Shown: positions 61,398-64,000 of the stretch, in pieces
Layout: every line of letters starts with the position of its first letter
Position numbering within the stretch: position 1 is the first letter of the stretch
Source: the human T2T-CHM13v2.0 reference genome, Homo sapiens
Assembly: GCF_009914755.1 (NCBI RefSeq)
Contig: NC_060941.1
Direction: 5' to 3' (one strand)
DNA: 64,000 nucleotides
Made by a program: the position numbers and the translations under genes
Notes under the pieces: generated by a model
What the model saw: only the letters and a program-made list of their open reading frames with translations
Database searches by the model: none
What the model was told of the DNA's origin: nothing

Positions 61398-63526
61398 ATT
61401 ATTATTATTTTTTATTTTCATCTTTTAAGTTCAGGGGTACATGTGCAGGATGTGCAGGATGTCCAGGTTTGTTACATAGGTAAATATGTGCCATGGTGGT
61501 TTGCTGCACAGATCATCCCATCACCTAGGTATTAATAATAGCCCAGCATCCATTAGCTGTTCTTCACGATGCTCTCCCTTCTCTCACCCGCCACCATCCC
61601 ACATGCCCCTGTGTGTGTTGTTCCCCGCCATGTGTCCATGTGTTCTCATTATTCAGCTCCCACTTGTAAGTGAGAGCATGCAGTATTTCATTTTCTATTT
61701 CTGCGTTGGTTTGCTGAGGATAATGTTCTGCAGCTCCACCCATGTCCCTGCAAAGGACATGTCTCATTCCTTTTCATGGCTGCATAGTATTCCATGGTGT
61801 ATATGTACCACATTTTCTTTATCCAGTTTATCATTGATGGGCTTTTAGGTTGATTCTTTGTCTTTGCTATTGTGAATAGTGCTGCAATGAACATACGTGT
61901 GCGTGTATCTTTATACTAGAATTAGTTATATTCCTTTGGGTATATACCAAGTAATGGGATTGCTGGGTTAAATGGTATTTCAGGTTCTAGATCTTTGAGG
62001 AATCACCACACTGTCTTCCACACTGGTTGAACTAATTTACACTCCTATCAACAGTGTAAAAGCATTCCTGTTTCTCCATAATCTTGCCAGCATCTTTTCA
62101 TTTTTTTGAATTATAGCCATTCTGACTGTTGTGAGATGGTGTCTCATTGTGGTTTTGATTTGCATTTCTCAGATGATCAGTGATGTTGAAGTTTTTTTGT
62201 TTGTTGGCTGCATGTATGCCTTCTTTTGAAAAGTGTCTGTTTGTGTCCTTTGACCACTTTCTAATGGGGTTGAGTTTTTTTTTCTTGTAAATTTGTTTAA
62301 GTTCCTTGTAGATGCTGGATATTAGACCTTTGTCAGATGGATAGAGTGCAAAAATTTTCTCCCATTCTGTAGGTTGTCGGTTTACTCTGTTGATAGGTTC
62401 TTAATGCTGTGCAGAAGCTCTTTAGTTTAATTAGATCCCATTTGTCAATTTTGGCTTTTGTTGCAATTGCTTTTGGCATCTTCGTCATGAAATCTTTGCC
62501 CTTGCCTGTGTCCTGAATGGCATTGCCTAGGTTTTCTTCCAGGATTTTTATAGTTTTGGGTTGTAGATTTAAGTCTTTAATCCATCTTGAGTTAACTTTT
62601 GTATATGGGTTAAGGAAGGGGTCCCGTTTCAATTTGCTGCATATGGCTAGCCAGTTCTCCCAGCACCATTTATTAAATAGGGAATCTTTTCCCCATTGCT
62701 TCCTTTTGTCAGGTTTGTCAAAGATCACATGGTTGTAGGTGTGTGGTCTTATTTCTGGGTTCTCTATTCTGTTCCATTGGTCTATGTGTCGGTTCTTGTA
62801 CCAGCACTATGCTGTTTTGGTTACTGTAGTCTTGTAGTATATTTGAAGCTGGGTAGCATGATGCCTCTAGCTTTGCTCTTCTTGCTTAGGATTGTCTTGG
62901 CTATTTGGGCTCTTTTTTGGTTCCATATGAATTTTAAAATAGCTTTTTCTAGGTCTGTAAAGAATGTGAATAGTAGTTTAATGGGCCTAGCATTTAATTT
63001 ACAGATTGCCTTGGGCAGTGTGGTCATTTTCACGATATTGATCCTTCCTGTCTGTGAGCATATGTTTTTCCATTTGTTTGTGTCATCTCTGATTTCTTTG
63101 AATAATGGTTTATAGTTATCCTTGAAAAGGTCCTTCACTTTTCTTGTTAGCTGTATTCCTAGATATTATACTCTTCTTGTGGCAATTGTGAATGGGAGTT
63201 AATTCATGAGTTTTCTCTCGGCTTGCCTGTTGTTGGTGTATAGGAATGCTAGTGACTTTTGCACATTGATTTTGTATCCTGAGACTTTGTTGAAGTTGCT
63301 TATCAGCTAAGAAGTTTTTGAGCTGAGATGATGGAGTTTTCTAGATATAGGATCATATCATCTGCAAACAAAGATAGTTTGACTTCCTGTCTTCCTATTT
63401 GAATAGCTTTTCTTTCTTTCTCTTGCCTGATTGCCTTGGTGAGAATTTCTAATACTGTGTTGAATAGGAGTGGTGAGAGAGGGCATCTTTGTCTTGTGTC
63501 AGTTTTCAAGGGAACGCTTCCAGGTT
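61398..63526 (-). mobile_element. Primate L1PA (about PA8-PA13) 3' 2.1 kb
   Basis: ORF2 peptides ([17 protein letters not shown]; [13 protein letters not shown]) and L1PA 3'UTR. Confidence 0.9.
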
Positions 63527-63529
63527 TTC

Positions 63530-64000
63530 AGGTACTCAGGCAACAAATAGCGTTACAATAGAATAGTACCTCACATCTCAATGCTAATGTTGAACGTAAA
63601 TGGCCTAAATGCTCCACTTAAAAGATATAGAATGGCAGAATGGGTAAGAATTCATCAACCAAGTTGCTGCTGTCTTCAGGAGACTCACCTAACACATACG
63701 GACTCACATAAACTTAAGGCAAAGGGTTGGAAAAAGACACTTCGTCTAAATGGACACATCAAAAGCGAGCAGGAGTAGCTGTTCTTATATCAGACAAAAC
63801 GGACTTTAAGACAACAGCAGTTTTAAAAAGACAAAGAGGGACATTATATAATGATAAAAGGACTAGTTCAACAGGAAAATATCACAGTCCTAAATATATA
63901 TGCACCTAATACTGGAGATCCCAAATTTATAAAACAATTACTACTAGACATAAGAAATGAGGTAGTTGGCAACACAATAATAGTGGGGGATGTTAATACT
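63530..64000 (+). mobile_element. L1 ORF2 endonuclease N-terminus (L1PB-like), running off the window
   Basis: LNVNGLNAPLKR...CCLQETHL and GVAVLISDK motifs, frameshifted. Confidence 0.88.

Overview
This is human/primate genomic DNA (AT-rich, dense in Alu, L1, L2 and LTR elements). It holds the 3' part of a + strand, multi-exon coiled-coil gene of the ANKRD26-derived CCDC144 family. The best fit is CCDC144A at 17p11.2, but the near-identical paralogues CCDC144B/CCDC144CP cannot be excluded from sequence alone. I could join 13 exons between 6562 and 60355 with GT-AG boundaries and consistent phase. A decayed ANKRD26-type exon lies at ~4201-4370, and an L2-derived exon (59322-59431) switches the frame of the last exon. 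The 24-kb intron 24049-47823 is a nested stack: MaLR provirus > old L1 > near-full-length L1 > antisense UPF3A retrocopy, plus MER1B and Alus. The UPF3A retrocopy has a 17-bp TSD, lacks exon 4, retains the end of intron 1 with its splice acceptor, and keeps an uninterrupted ~380-codon frame. There are two very young Alus (Ya5, Yb8). I saw no prokaryotic-type systems, CRISPR arrays, tRNA or rRNA genes. Most ORFs in the supplied track are repeat-derived noise. Comparisons to parent proteins and repeat consensus sequences are from memory, not from a database search.
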